Assembly: GCA_963739455.1 (NCBI GenBank)
Contig: CAVUAK010000001.1
Span: forward strand, 2,112,001-2,176,000
DNA: 64,000 nt
Origin: an uncultured Gemmatimonadales bacterium
GTDB taxonomy: Bacteria; Gemmatimonadota; Gemmatimonadetes; Gemmatimonadales; GWC2-71-9
Direction of reading: 5' to 3'
Under the pieces are notes generated by a model, which made no database searches, had not been told where the DNA came from, and saw only the letters and a program-made list of their open reading frames with translations. Both the position numbers and the translations under genes were made by a program. Shown piece after piece: positions 20,392 through 30,819 of the stretch. Numbering within the stretch: the stretch's first letter is position 1; every line of letters starts with the position of its first letter.

Positions 20392-22895
20392 ATGGAACGA
20401 ATCAATCCCGGCGTCTGCACCTACCTGGCCCAGCAAATCGCGGCCGCGGAAGGACGCGAGGTCTCGTTCGTCGCCGAGCTCGATCGCGACGGCGTGATCA
20501 CCGCTGCCCGCGCCGTGGCGCGCGGCACGGTCGATCGCGTGCTGGCGCTGCCCGGCATCGCGCAGACCGGGCGAGATGCTGCTGCACAACCACCCGAGCG
20601 GGCACCTCTCGCCGTCAGGTGCCGACCTCGCCGTCGCGGCGCAGCTGCACGACAACGGCGTCGGTTTCGGCATCATCTCCAATGATGCCACGCGGCTGTA
20701 TGTCGTGGTCGAGGTGCCGAAGGGCCGCACCGAGACGAAGCTCGACACCCTCAGCGTGGTGGCGGAGCTGGGCGAGCATGGTGCGGTGGCCGTGGCCATG
20801 GGGCAGTTCGAGGACCGGCAGAGCCAGCGCGACATGTGCGCCCACATCGCCGACGCGTACAACGATGGTGGCGTGCTCATGCTCGAGGCTGGCACGGGTG
20901 TCGGCAAGAGCTTCGCCTATCTCGTTCCGGCGCTCGCGTGGGCGCGCGCCAATGGTGAGCGCACGGTCGTCAGCACCAACACCATCAACCTGCAGGAACA
21001 GCTGGTCGGGAAGGATCTGCCCTTCCTGCGTGACGCGCTTCGCACCGACACGCACGAGCCATCATTTGCGCTGCTCAAGGGCTGGCGCAACTACCTCTGC
21101 CTGGCCCGGCTGCACCAGGCGGTCGGCGCGCAGCGCACCCTGCTCGAGGCCGACAAGCTCGACGAGCTCACCTCCGTCGCCTCGTGGGCGAGCCGCACCC
21201 CTGACGGGTCGCTGAGCGACCTTCCCTCCGCGCCAAGTCCCGAGGTGTGGGACGAGGTGAGCGCCGAGTCCGACCTGTGTCCCGCGCCTGCAATGCGAGC
21301 ATTTCGATCGCTGCTTCGTGTTTCGCGCGCGGCGGCAGGCGGCGCAGGCCGACGTGGTGGTGGTGAACCATCACCTGCTCGCGGCCGACCTCCAGGTGCG
21401 GCAGGCCAGTGACAACTGGCAGGAGGCCGCGGTGCTGCCGCCGTACCAGCGGATCGTGCTCGACGAGGCGCACCATCTCGAGGATGTCGCTGCCGGTCAC
21501 CTCGGCACGCAGGTGTCGAGTCGCGGTGTGCGCCGCCTCCTCGGCCGGTTCGAGCGCAACGGGCGCGGACTGATTCCCACCCTGTTTCACGAGCTGCGCT
21601 CCATCGACGACCTGCTCGCGCGCGCCAGCCTGGACCTGCTGCGCGATCGCCTGGTGCCGGCGCTGGCCGATGCGCGCCGCGCGTCAGACCAGCTGTTCAC
21701 CCGACTGGTGGGATTGCTCGACGAGGCACCGGGCGGGCAGCGTCGGCTGGACGCTGACTTCGCGGCCGACCCGGTGTGGGCGGCGGGGCTGGAGGCGGAA
21801 CTCGAGGCAGCACTGCGTGCCTTCCAGGTGCTGCGCGATTCGGTGGAGACCATTGCGGGGCGTCTCGAACAGGCTGACGTCTCCGAGCGCCGCTTGCGGC
21901 TGCTGCAGGAACTGAGGGCGGTGCTGGGTCGCCTCGGTGTGGTATCGGACGGACTCGTTCATACGCTCCGCCCAGCGGCATCCGATGATCCGGTCGTGCG
22001 ATGGATCGAGCGGACCGGCAAGCGCGGCGGCGACATGAAGCTGGCGGCGGTGCCGCTCGACCTGGCGCCGGTGCTGCGGGAGTTGCTCTTCGAGAAGGCA
22101 AAGACCATCGTGCTCACCAGCGCCACGCTGGCGGCGTCCGGCGACTTCGGCTTCATGGAGGGCCGCCTTGGGCTCTCCGGTGGCGATTCACCGGTTACGG
22201 TGCGCGAGACGTTTCCGTCGCCGTTCGACTACCCGAGCCAGTGCGTCTTCGGCATTCCCACTGACATTCCCGATCCGCGCGAAGACGAGGCAGGCCACGC
22301 ATCGGCCACGCTCTCGGCGATCATCGACCTCGCGTACGCATCCGACGGTGGCATGTTCGCCCTGTTCACCAGCCACGCAGCACTGCAGCGCACCGCGGCC
22401 GCACTGCGCCAGGCAGTGGGAAGCCGGTGGCCGCTGCTGGTGCAGGGCGAGGCATCGCGGGACCAGCTCCTGCGCCGCTTCCGCGAAGCGGGCAACGCCA
22501 TCCTGCTCGGGACCGACTCGTTCTGGGAAGGCGTCGACGTGCCGGGTCGCGCGCTCCGCGCCCTCGTCCTGTGCAAGCTACCTTTCAAGGTGCCCAGCGA
22601 GCCGCTCACCTCGGCGCGGCTGGAGCGACTGGCAGAGCAGGGAGAGGACGGCTTCATGGGATACCTGCTTCCCCATGCCGCGCTCAAGCTGAAGCAGGGT
22701 TTCGGGCGCCTCATCCGGAGCCAGCGCGATGTCGGGGTGGTGGTGCTGCTCGACAGCCGAGTCACCACCAAGCGGTACGGTCCGCTGGTGCTGGGCGGGC
22801 TGCCGCGCGCGGAGCGGATCATCGCGCCGTGGGCCCAGGTGCGGATCAAGTGTGAAGACTTCTTCGCCCGTCACGGTATCGGGGCCCCGGTATGA
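20392..22895 (+). CDS. DinG/YoaA-family helicase with N-terminal JAB/RadC-like domain (frameshifts near 20570 and 21280)
   Basis: HNHPSG..SPS..D JAB motif; EAGTGVGKS; NYLCL; VLDEAH; TSATL; SPFDY; SFWEGVDVPG; KQGFGRLIR. Confidence 0.9.
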
Positions 22896-23515
22896 CGCTT
22901 GTGGTGCAACCATCGAAGATTGTCTGCATCGGCCGCAACTATGCGGAGCATGCAAAGGAACTCGGCAATGAGGTGCCGAAGGAACCACTCATCTTCCTCA
23001 AGCCGCCCAGCGCGCTGTTGCCACCGGAAGGCACCATCATCATGCCCAGGGTGTCACGACAGGTGGAGTTCGAGGGTGAGATCGGGGTGGTCATCGGGAA
23101 GAAGGCGCATCATGTCGACGAGGCGAACGCGGAGTCGTTCATTGCCGGGTACACCTGCGTCAACGACGTGACTTGCCGCGACCTGCAGAAGACCGATGGG
23201 CAATGGACCCGGGCCAAGGGGTTCGACACCTTCTGCCCCGTGGGCCCGCGGGTTGTCCTGCTGGACTGGCGCACCCTGTCTGTGGTGACTCGGCTGAACG
23301 GCGTCGAGCGGCAGCGGGCCCCTTCGAGCGACATGATCTTTTCCATTCCGCGGCTGGTGGCGCACGTCAGCGCCATCATGACGCTCGAGCCGGGCGACCT
23401 CATCGCCACCGGCACGCCGGCGGGAGTGGGTCCGCTGGCGCCAGGTGACGTCGTGGAGGTCGAGATCCCCGGCATCGGCATTCTCTCGAACTACGTCGCG
23501 CAGGAGTCGCAATGA
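22892..23515 (+). CDS. Fumarylacetoacetate hydrolase family protein
   Basis: KIVCIGRNYAEH, FEGE, NDVT, KGFDTFCPVGP, GDLIATGTP. Confidence 0.93.
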   Translation: MTLVVQPSKIVCIGRNYAEHAKELGNEVPKEPLIFLKPPSALLPPEGTIIMPRVSRQVEFEGEIGVVIGKKAHHVDEANAESFIAGYTCVNDVTCRDLQKTDGQWTRAKGFDTFCPVGPRVVLLDWRTLSVVTRLNGVERQRAPSSDMIFSIPRLVAHVSAIMTLEPGDLIATGTPAGVGPLAPGDVVEVEIPGIGILSNYVAQESQ

Positions 23516-24708
23516 TCCGCTTCAGTGACCGGCTGCAGGCACTGCCGGGCTATCCCCTCGCGGAAATTCCGTCGATCAAGCGCCGGCTCATCGAGTCGGG
23601 GATGGACGTCATCGACCTGGGTGCCGGTGACAATGACACGCCGCCACCAGATAGCGTGATAGCCGCCATGAACGAGGCCCTCAAGCAGCCGGGCTTGAGC
23701 AAGTACGGCTTCCAGCAGGGGCTCATGTCGTACCGCCAGGCGGTGTCGCGCTGGGTGGAGCGCCGGTTCGGCATTCACTTCGACCCCGCCACCGAGACGC
23801 TGCCGCTGCTCGGGTCCAAGGAGGGGCTCTCGCACCTGCCGCTCATGGTGGTGAACCAGGGTGACGTGGTGCTGGTGCCGGAGCCGGGATATCAGGCGTA
23901 CATCGGCGGCGCGATCCTGTCCGGCGCGGTGCCGCACATCTGTCCGCTCCGTGCCGATCGCAAGTTCCTGCTCGAGCTGGACGACGTGCCGGCAGATGTG
24001 CTCAAGCGGGCGAAGCTGGTCTTCGCGAACTACCCGAACAACCCGACGGCCGCTGTAGCCAACACGGAGTACCTCACGCGACTGGTGAACAACTGCCGCA
24101 AGCACGGTATCCTGCTCGCCTACGACAATGCGTACAGTGAACTGACATACGACGGGTATCGGGCGCCCAGCATCTTCGAGATCCCCGGCGCGCGAGATGT
24201 CGCCATCGAGTTCTTCTCACTCTCCAAGAGCTACTCGATGACCGGCTGGCGTATCGGTTTCGCGGTGGGTCGGAGCGAACTGATCGGTGCGCTGACGCGG
24301 GTCAAGTCGTACGTCGACACCGGGCCCTGGCTGGCGATCCAGCAGGCTGCCGTCACGGCGCTGGACAACTCGGATGCGCTTGTGGCGCCAGTGCGCGCCG
24401 AACTGGAGCGCAGGCGGGACGCCGGTGTTGCGGCACTCAACGCGAATGGTATTCCCTGCGAGGCACCGCACGCGGCGATGTATCTCTGGGTCCCGCTGCC
24501 TGCAGGCGTGGCGTCGGCGCCCTTCACCCGGCGTGTACTGGAGGAAACCGGGGTCGTGCTGCTGCCGGGCAGCGGGTTCGGGCCGGCAGGAGAGGGCTAT
24601 TTCCGGATCGCGCTCACCGTCGGGGCGCCGCGACTGGAAGAGGCGGCACGGCGCATCGCGTCGGTGCTCGCCTCCACGCCGCGCAACGAACTCACGGCGG
24701 CGCGCTAG
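23512..24708 (+). CDS. Class I/II PLP aminotransferase (LL-DAP aminotransferase-like)
   Basis: GSKEG, NYPNNPT, YDNAY, SLSKSYSMTGWRIG, GEGYFRIAL. Confidence 0.88.
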   Translation: MIRFSDRLQALPGYPLAEIPSIKRRLIESGMDVIDLGAGDNDTPPPDSVIAAMNEALKQPGLSKYGFQQGLMSYRQAVSRWVERRFGIHFDPATETLPLLGSKEGLSHLPLMVVNQGDVVLVPEPGYQAYIGGAILSGAVPHICPLRADRKFLLELDDVPADVLKRAKLVFANYPNNPTAAVANTEYLTRLVNNCRKHGILLAYDNAYSELTYDGYRAPSIFEIPGARDVAIEFFSLSKSYSMTGWRIGFAVGRSELIGALTRVKSYVDTGPWLAIQQAAVTALDNSDALVAPVRAELERRRDAGVAALNANGIPCEAPHAAMYLWVPLPAGVASAPFTRRVLEETGVVLLPGSGFGPAGEGYFRIALTVGAPRLEEAARRIASVLASTPRNELTAAR

Positions 24709-24711
24709 CCG

Positions 24712-25164
24712 ATGAAGCTGCTCGACACCGACGAGACGATCCTGCTCGTCACCGGCACCGGCATCGCTGCCGAAGAGCGGGACCGGCCGCTGGCCTACTG
24801 GCTCAAGGGCGAAATCGACCAGCGGGGAGCGTCGCATCCGTACCGTCGTGGCATCGTGGTGGGGGACGCCTGGTATGTCGAGAACCGGATCTTCCAGCTC
24901 AATCCCGCCATCACCATTGGCGGGCCGGGAGTAAACACGGCGGCCCGGGAACTCTCCGAGTCGCTGCCGGTGGTTCACAGCGAGGAAGACAGGGTGTTCG
25001 TGCAGATGGGTACGTCTGGGGAGGCGGCGAAGGTGTGCCTCTGGGGTGCCGACCTGGCCGCAACCGCGCGCGCGGTGCAGCTGTTCGTGCACGAAGGAAT
25101 GCTGGAGGAGATGCTGGGCCGCCTGTGGCGGCCCCGTCCGGATGGCGGTGGCGTCTACGTCTGA
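24712..25164 (+). CDS. Hypothetical protein
   Basis: 150 aa ORF 3 nt after the upstream stop; ITIGGPGVN motif. Confidence 0.65.
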   Translation: MKLLDTDETILLVTGTGIAAEERDRPLAYWLKGEIDQRGASHPYRRGIVVGDAWYVENRIFQLNPAITIGGPGVNTAARELSESLPVVHSEEDRVFVQMGTSGEAAKVCLWGADLAATARAVQLFVHEGMLEEMLGRLWRPRPDGGGVYV

Positions 25165-25740
25165 TCAGTCACCCAGCAGGTCCTCGAGTGCCTTGTCCAC
25201 CACTTCAGTCGTCTTTCCCTCGATCAATCGCCGCAGGATATCCGCCGCCTCGAGAGGCAGGTTGCCGGGATGCACCCGGTCCTTGTCGAACCGCACGATG
25301 TGTCCCAGCGGAAAGGCGACCAGGTTATCGCTCATCTCCTCATCGTCGTCTTCCACCGTCGCGTCGTAGCTCGCGCCGGGCACCGATGCGGCCCACGGCT
25401 CGGCCTCTTCCTCCGGCTCCTCGTCGGTGAGGCCGGGCGGAAGCTGGAGCAAGGCATACAACTGACATTGAAGGCCGGGGGCTGCCTCACGGGCCACCAG
25501 CACCACCGGCACCGGGTTGCCGAACAGGTCGTGCTCGGTGACCTGGGACCACATCTCGGGCGGCATGACGTAACGCGCGATGAGGCGCGTGTCGTGGTAG
25601 GTGGCCATGCAGACCATGCCCTCAGGGGTGCGCTCGTCGTCGATCAGGCCCACGCGCAGGGCTACGGGCTCCTCGGCGGCTGCGTACGCCGCCGGCGGGC
25701 CGTCGCCCTCAGGGAGCTCAACGGGTTCGGGTTTGGACAT
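25165..25740 (-). CDS. Acidic hypothetical protein
   Basis: ATG 25740; plausible protein sequence, EPWAASVP motif. Confidence 0.65.
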   Translation of the reverse strand: MSKPEPVELPEGDGPPAAYAAAEEPVALRVGLIDDERTPEGMVCMATYHDTRLIARYVMPPEMWSQVTEHDLFGNPVPVVLVAREAAPGLQCQLYALLQLPPGLTDEEPEEEAEPWAASVPGASYDATVEDDDEEMSDNLVAFPLGHIVRFDKDRVHPGNLPLEAADILRRLIEGKTTEVVDKALEDLLGD

Positions 25741-25753
25741 TGGGGAAAGATAA

Positions 25754-25785
25754 GACGTGAGGGCGTGAGGACGTGAGGACTTGAG
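25754..25785. repeat. 8-bp tandem repeat, GACGTGAG-type, four units
   Basis: GACGTGAG GGCGTGAG GACGTGAG GACTTGAG. Confidence 0.85.
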
Positions 25786-25822
25786 GAAAGAGCCGCCGGG
25801 CGCTGTTACATGCGCCCGGAGC

Positions 25823-27271
25823 CTAAGCCGGAGCGGTGTCCTGGGATCGCGATAGCGCCGCGCGGATGCGGGCGAGGCTCTCGTCCCGGCCGACCACGGC
25901 GAGCAGTTCGTTGACCGGCTCGGACACGGTGCCGCCGGTGAGCGCGACGCGCACCGGCTGCATGGCATCGCCAAGCTTGACGCCATTGGCCTCGGCGGCC
26001 TGCTTCACCGTCTCCAGGAGCCGATCGGGCGTCCATTCCTCGTTCGAGAGTGGCTCGAGCGCGCCGAGCGCGAGGGCGAGACTGCTACCGAACGCCGGGC
26101 CCATCTTCTTGAGCAGCTTCTCTGCCTTTTCATCGATGACGATCCGGCTGGCATCGAGCCGCACCGCCACCTGCTCAGCGAGCTGCAGCACCGTGCGCGA
26201 GCGCGCCTTCGCGGCGTCGATCAGTGGGTGGAGGTTGCGTCCCTTCGCATCGACACCCATTCGCTCGAGTTGCCGCGTGACCGGGGCGAGCAGGTCATCG
26301 GCAGGCGTGCTGGACAGGTACTGCCCGTTCATCCACTCGAGCTTCGCGGTATCGAACACTGCCGGCTTGCTCTGGATGCCCTCGAGCGAGAAGAGCTCGA
26401 CCAGGTCCTCGCCGGTGAGCACCTCGCGATCGCCGCCGGGCGACCAGCCCAGCAGGGCGAGGAAGTTCCGCATCGCCGACGGCAGGATGCCCTGGTCCTG
26501 GTAGTCGCCGACGGCGGTGGCACCGTGCCGCTTGGAGAGCTTCTTCCCGTCGGTGCCCAGGATCATCGGGACGTGGGCAAACACCGGGAGCAGTGCGCCA
26601 AGGGCCTGGTACAGCGCGATCTGCTTCGGCGTGTTGGAGACGTGGTCGTCTCCCCGCATGACGTGGGTAATCCGCATCGCGATGTCGTCTGACACCACGG
26701 CAAGGTTGTAGATCGCCGAGCCATCGGACCGGAGGATCACGAAGTCGTCGATGTCGCGGCCCTGGAAGCTGATCCGTCCGTGCACCGCGTCCTGCCACGC
26801 GAGTTCCGCGTCGGGAACGGCGAACCGGATGACGAAGGGGTCGCCGGCAGCCAGGCGACGCGCCTCTTCCTCCGCAGTCAGGGTCCAGCGGGCGCGCTCG
26901 TACCGGTACGCCCGCCCGGCAGCGACGGCAATCTTGCGCTCCCCGTCGAGCTCCTCGGCGGTAGCGAAGCAGCGGTAGGCCAGTCCATCAGCAAGCAGGC
27001 GCTCGGCGTCGGCGCGATGCCGCGGGCCATCGGCCCCCTGGAAGTACGGGCCCTCGTCCCAGGTGACGCCGAGCCAGGTGAGCCCCTCGAGGATCACCTG
27101 GGTGTGGGCGTCGGTGCTGCGCTCCTTGTCGGTGTCCTCGATGCGGAGCACGAAGGTGCCGCCGGTCTTCCGGGCATAGAGCCAGTTGAACAGCGCCGTA
27201 CGGGCTCCACCGACGTGCAGGTAGCCGGTGGGGGAGGGCGCAAATCGGACGCGAACGGGGGAGTCTGTCAC
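25823..27271 (-). CDS. gltX: Glutamate--tRNA ligase
   Basis: RFAPSPTGYLHVGGAR (HIGH), RIEDTD, KLSKR (KMSKS). Confidence 0.97.
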   Translation of the reverse strand: MTDSPVRVRFAPSPTGYLHVGGARTALFNWLYARKTGGTFVLRIEDTDKERSTDAHTQVILEGLTWLGVTWDEGPYFQGADGPRHRADAERLLADGLAYRCFATAEELDGERKIAVAAGRAYRYERARWTLTAEEEARRLAAGDPFVIRFAVPDAELAWQDAVHGRISFQGRDIDDFVILRSDGSAIYNLAVVSDDIAMRITHVMRGDDHVSNTPKQIALYQALGALLPVFAHVPMILGTDGKKLSKRHGATAVGDYQDQGILPSAMRNFLALLGWSPGGDREVLTGEDLVELFSLEGIQSKPAVFDTAKLEWMNGQYLSSTPADDLLAPVTRQLERMGVDAKGRNLHPLIDAAKARSRTVLQLAEQVAVRLDASRIVIDEKAEKLLKKMGPAFGSSLALALGALEPLSNEEWTPDRLLETVKQAAEANGVKLGDAMQPVRVALTGGTVSEPVNELLAVVGRDESLARIRAALSRSQDTAPA

Positions 27272-27299
27272 AGGTACCGCAATGGAAGGATTGAACTTA

Positions 27300-27391
27300 C
27301 GGAGCGGGAGGGATTCGAACCCTCGTTAAGGGCTTTAGACCCCTAAAACGGTTTAGCAAACCGCCGCCTTCAGCCTCTCGGCCACCGCTCC
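27300..27391 (-). tRNA. tRNA-Ser(GCT)
   Basis: GGAGCGG/CCGCTCC acceptor stem, GCGGT-TTGCTAA-ACCGT anticodon arm, long variable arm, GTTCGAATC; CCA not encoded. Confidence 0.96.
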
Positions 27392-27451
27392 AATTCGTGC
27401 CGCACTAACATAAGCCCGGGCCTGACCCAGCCAAAGGGGCGGATCCGGTTC

Positions 27452-28278
27452 CTATCGGGCCGCCGCCTCGGCCTGGTCGGCCCGCTTCTCCATGGCGCTC
27501 CAGCGGAAGAACAGGATCGCCATCGATACCCACATGATCGGGTCGGCGATGGCCTTCATGAGGAGACCGGCCAGCTGCTGGTCACTGTGGGCCTGGATGT
27601 CGCCCACACGCGGCGCCAGCTCGTACAGCTTGTACGCCGGGAGCGCCGAGAAGGTAAGCATGGCCGCGGGAATGGTGGGAACGATGGTGGCCGCGAAGAG
27701 ATAGCCGATCTTCAGTGGCTCATTCGAGCCGGGCGATGCCCGGCGGGGCGAGCACTGGCCACCACAGGGCCAGCCCGCTCAGGAACCAGGCGGCATCGAT
27801 GGTGAACGAGCCGAGTTGCGATGCCATCAGTGCATCGGTGACCGTCGGCACGTGCGTCACCAGCAGCACGGCGTTGAACACCACCAGCCCGAAAATGCCG
27901 CCCGCCGCCCGATGAAGAATCTGTGACCATCGTGGCGCCGCACCCAGCCTGCGCCACGCATCGGGCGGCACGCCAAGCAGGAGGAAGGGTGGCGCTACCT
28001 GGCTCAGCATCAGCCACTGCACGGAGTGCATGCTGGCGAGGTAACCGCCGCCGAGCGTGCCAATGGGCCAGTCGAGGGCTGCCCATACCAGCAGCAACCC
28101 CAGCAGGAAGGTGAGGACTCGTCCTGATCCCCACGGCGAGCGTCGCGTCCGCCGACATCGCGCGCTTCCTGCCCCGGAAATAGAGCAGCGCAATCAGGGC
28201 GACGACGAGCCACACACCGGGATACGGCCGCCATTCCCAGCTCCACGGCGTGTTCGTGGCAGAGCACCACCAGTTCAT
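27452..28278 (-). CDS. Cytochrome c oxidase assembly factor, CtaG/caa3 type (frameshifted)
   Basis: LDWPIGTL, SMHSVQ, LWWPV, DQQLAGLLMK motifs spread across frames. Confidence 0.8.
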
Positions 28279-28736
28279 CGTGCGAATGTCGCTTTCATGG
28301 CGCGTCGCTGTACGCAGCGCACCGGGAGCATGAGCGATACGGTGCCCGCTCGGGCGAACGTGAGTGTCACGGGGATCGAGTCGCCCGGCCGGGGCAACCG
28401 GTCGAGTGTCATGAGCATGAGGTGTGTTCCACCCGGGCGCAGGACGAGGCTGTCACCAGCAGGCACGACGGGCGCCTCAAGGTGCGTCATGCGAACCATG
28501 CCGCCATCCTGCACCTGGCCGTGGAGCATTGCACCTGCCGCGATCGGTGACGCGATGCCGAGCAGCGTATCGGGCTGGCGGCCACCGTTGACGATGGTGA
28601 AGTAGCCGGCGGCCTCGGACTGGGTCGGGGGCGCAAAGCTGTAGGCGCCATGCACCTCGAGGTCACCGACCGCAACGACACCGGCATCGCGCGCGGTGCA
28701 GGCGCCTGCCAGCAACAGCAGGCACACCATCTTCAC
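28275..28736 (-). CDS. Copper chaperone PCu(A)C lipoprotein
   Basis: Lipobox LAGAC; AAGYFTIVN, LH..M..GGTHLML Cu motif. Confidence 0.85.
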   Translation of the reverse strand: MKMVCLLLLAGACTARDAGVVAVGDLEVHGAYSFAPPTQSEAAGYFTIVNGGRQPDTLLGIASPIAAGAMLHGQVQDGGMVRMTHLEAPVVPAGDSLVLRPGGTHLMLMTLDRLPRPGDSIPVTLTFARAGTVSLMLPVRCVQRRAMKATFAR

Positions 28737-29428
28737 GAGGGGCTGTTCGGCCAGGCGACGAGCAGGGGAAGGTCGTGCGCCCAGTTGGCCTGCCGGAAGC
28801 CGAACGGATAGAGGAAGCGGCAGATGTTGTCGGGCGTGCATGCGTAAACGTACGCCGCGTGCCCCACGAGGTAGCTTCCCGCACCAGCCCCTGCCGTCGT
28901 GTCCTTCTCGGACGGCGGAAGATGCGCTGCCGTCTCGGCGGCCCTGATCTCCGGAACGCTTCCGGTCAACCCGATGAAGGTCGGGTCGAAGGCGTCGAGC
29001 CAGGCTCGCAGGCGAGGGGCTGTGTCGCGCTCCGGGTCGTTGGTGACAAACACGACCTTGATCCGGCTGGCCTCGGGGGCTGGCATATTCTTGAGCGTCT
29101 GGGCGATGTTCGACATGTGCACCGGACAGACGTCAGGGCAGTGGGTATAACCGAAGAAGAGCAGTGTGACGTATCCGCTGGTTTCCTTGCGGAAGTCGAA
29201 GGGTCGCCCCTGCGTGTCGGTAAGCGTGAAGGTGGGTTTTTCCTGGGGCGGCGACAGGGCGAGGCCGAGGACCTGGCTGGTGGTATCCGCAGGGGCGCCG
29301 GCCGCGGCAGGCGCCTTTCCAGCCGGGCGACACGATACGAGACCGGTTGCGAGGAGGATCACCACGAGATGCTGAGCAATGTTAGGCACTGCGGAATTTA
29401 CCGGGCCGGAGGAGGTGCGGGCAACCAT
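28733..29428 (-). CDS. SCO1/SenC family copper protein
   Basis: FFGYTHCPDVCP, DPERDT, YLVGH; start uncertain. Confidence 0.92.
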   Translation of the reverse strand: MVARTSSGPVNSAVPNIAQHLVVILLATGLVSCRPAGKAPAAAGAPADTTSQVLGLALSPPQEKPTFTLTDTQGRPFDFRKETSGYVTLLFFGYTHCPDVCPVHMSNIAQTLKNMPAPEASRIKVVFVTNDPERDTAPRLRAWLDAFDPTFIGLTGSVPEIRAAETAAHLPPSEKDTTAGAGAGSYLVGHAAYVYACTPDNICRFLYPFGFRQANWAHDLPLLVAWPNSPS

Positions 29429-29449
29429 GCGGCGCGCAGCTGCGCGGGC

Positions 29450-29893
29450 ATGATTGCCGCCGGTTTCCTGTTCCTGTCAGGGTGCGGATCACGGCCGGGC
29501 GCCGGGGCCACGGGGCTCGCCGGCGACATCGAGGTGACGCATGCCGTTGCGTGGGGCGCGGCGGACCTGAAGGCCGCAACAGTGGGGATGGAGATCAGGA
29601 ACGATGGTGACATCACCGATACGCTGGTGGCTGTCACGTCACCGGCCGGCAATGCGACGCTGCACACCGAGGCACCGGGGCAGGGGATGCGCCCTGTCGC
29701 GGCACTGCCACTGCCCCGGCGGAGCGCCATCAGGATCGGCCGCGGCTTGCACGTGATGATCGAGGGTCTGCCGGCGGCGCCCACTGCTGGAAAGGCAATA
29801 CCGGTGACGCTCCGGTTCGCGCATGCGGGACCGATGGAGTTGTCGATCCCGGTGCTGCGCTACTCGGAGGCGCTCACCGTGTTGGGCGAGTGA
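29450..29893 (+). CDS. Second PCu(A)C-like lipoprotein
   Basis: Lipobox LSGC; LH...GM...GLHVMI; IPVTLRFAHAG. Confidence 0.75.
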   Translation: MIAAGFLFLSGCGSRPGAGATGLAGDIEVTHAVAWGAADLKAATVGMEIRNDGDITDTLVAVTSPAGNATLHTEAPGQGMRPVAALPLPRRSAIRIGRGLHVMIEGLPAAPTAGKAIPVTLRFAHAGPMELSIPVLRYSEALTVLGE

Positions 29894-30387
29894 CGGGCGT
29901 GCCGGGGCAGGCGGTGCGACGATAGGCGAAGAGGACCTGGCTGTCGCCCGGTGCGGGCCCGGCGGCGATCCGCGCAATCACGGAGTCGGCACCTCGCTTC
30001 CGATAGGCAATGAGCTTGGGGAAGTCGTGCCGAGGGTTCTCGAACTGCAGCAGTGTGTCAGACACGACCGTGGCGGTGAACACTGCCGCGGGCTGCATGA
30101 CCGGGTGCGCCTCGTAGTCGATGCGGCCATCACGTTCACGGATGAGCACCAGCTCGTAGTCGTCGAGCCGCCCCGCCTTGATGGTCCGACCCATGCCGAG
30201 CATGGTGCCACCGGCCGGCGTCATCCACTGCTCCTCGATTGTGGTGGTGCCGCGCTGCATGACTCCAGCACCCCGCCAGCCATGCGGCACTCGCGATGGA
30301 CGGCGGCGCCTGCGCTGCCGCTGTTTCACCCGCAAGCACGAGCAGCGTTCCCGCCACACATCCGCGCCACACGCCCGACATGTCCAT
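29874..30387 (-). CDS. Exported DUF6265-like protein (frameshifted)
   Basis: AWLAGCW, EEQW..P.GGTMLG, FENPRHDFP motifs. Confidence 0.7.
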
Positions 30388-30395
30388 GAGTGGCC

Positions 30396-30819
30396 CTACC
30401 AGACCTTGATGTACCAGTCGCGCGCAGCCGCCTCGCCCGTGACGCTCCAGTCCGCGCGCTGCAGCGTGAAGTAGCGAACAGTGCTGTGCTCTGCTCCGTC
30501 CGCGCCGGGCGCGGTGACCGTGGCACGGGCAATCACGTTGTCGCTGAAGCCGCGAAGGCCGGTGATACGCACCTGGATCGCGGTATCAGCAAGCATCCGC
30601 TGGGCCAGCGCCGGGTCGATGACATACCCTTCCTTCGTCTCCTGGCTGGCGATCGACGACTGCCGCCGGTCCTGTGCCACCCAGCGCGCGACTGGCCTGG
30701 GTTCCCTCAGGCGGGGCGGCCGGCTTGGTCGAGACGTACTGGGCCACAAACACGAGGAGCATCACGGCGAGCAGGAACAGCACGAAGCCGCCGGAGCCCT
30801 TGCCATCACGATTGGTCAT
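30396..30819 (-). CDS. Membrane-anchored hypothetical protein (frameshift near 30690)
   Basis: N-terminal TM from ATG 30819 (ATGA overlap); C-terminal part in ORF 30396..30749. Confidence 0.5.
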
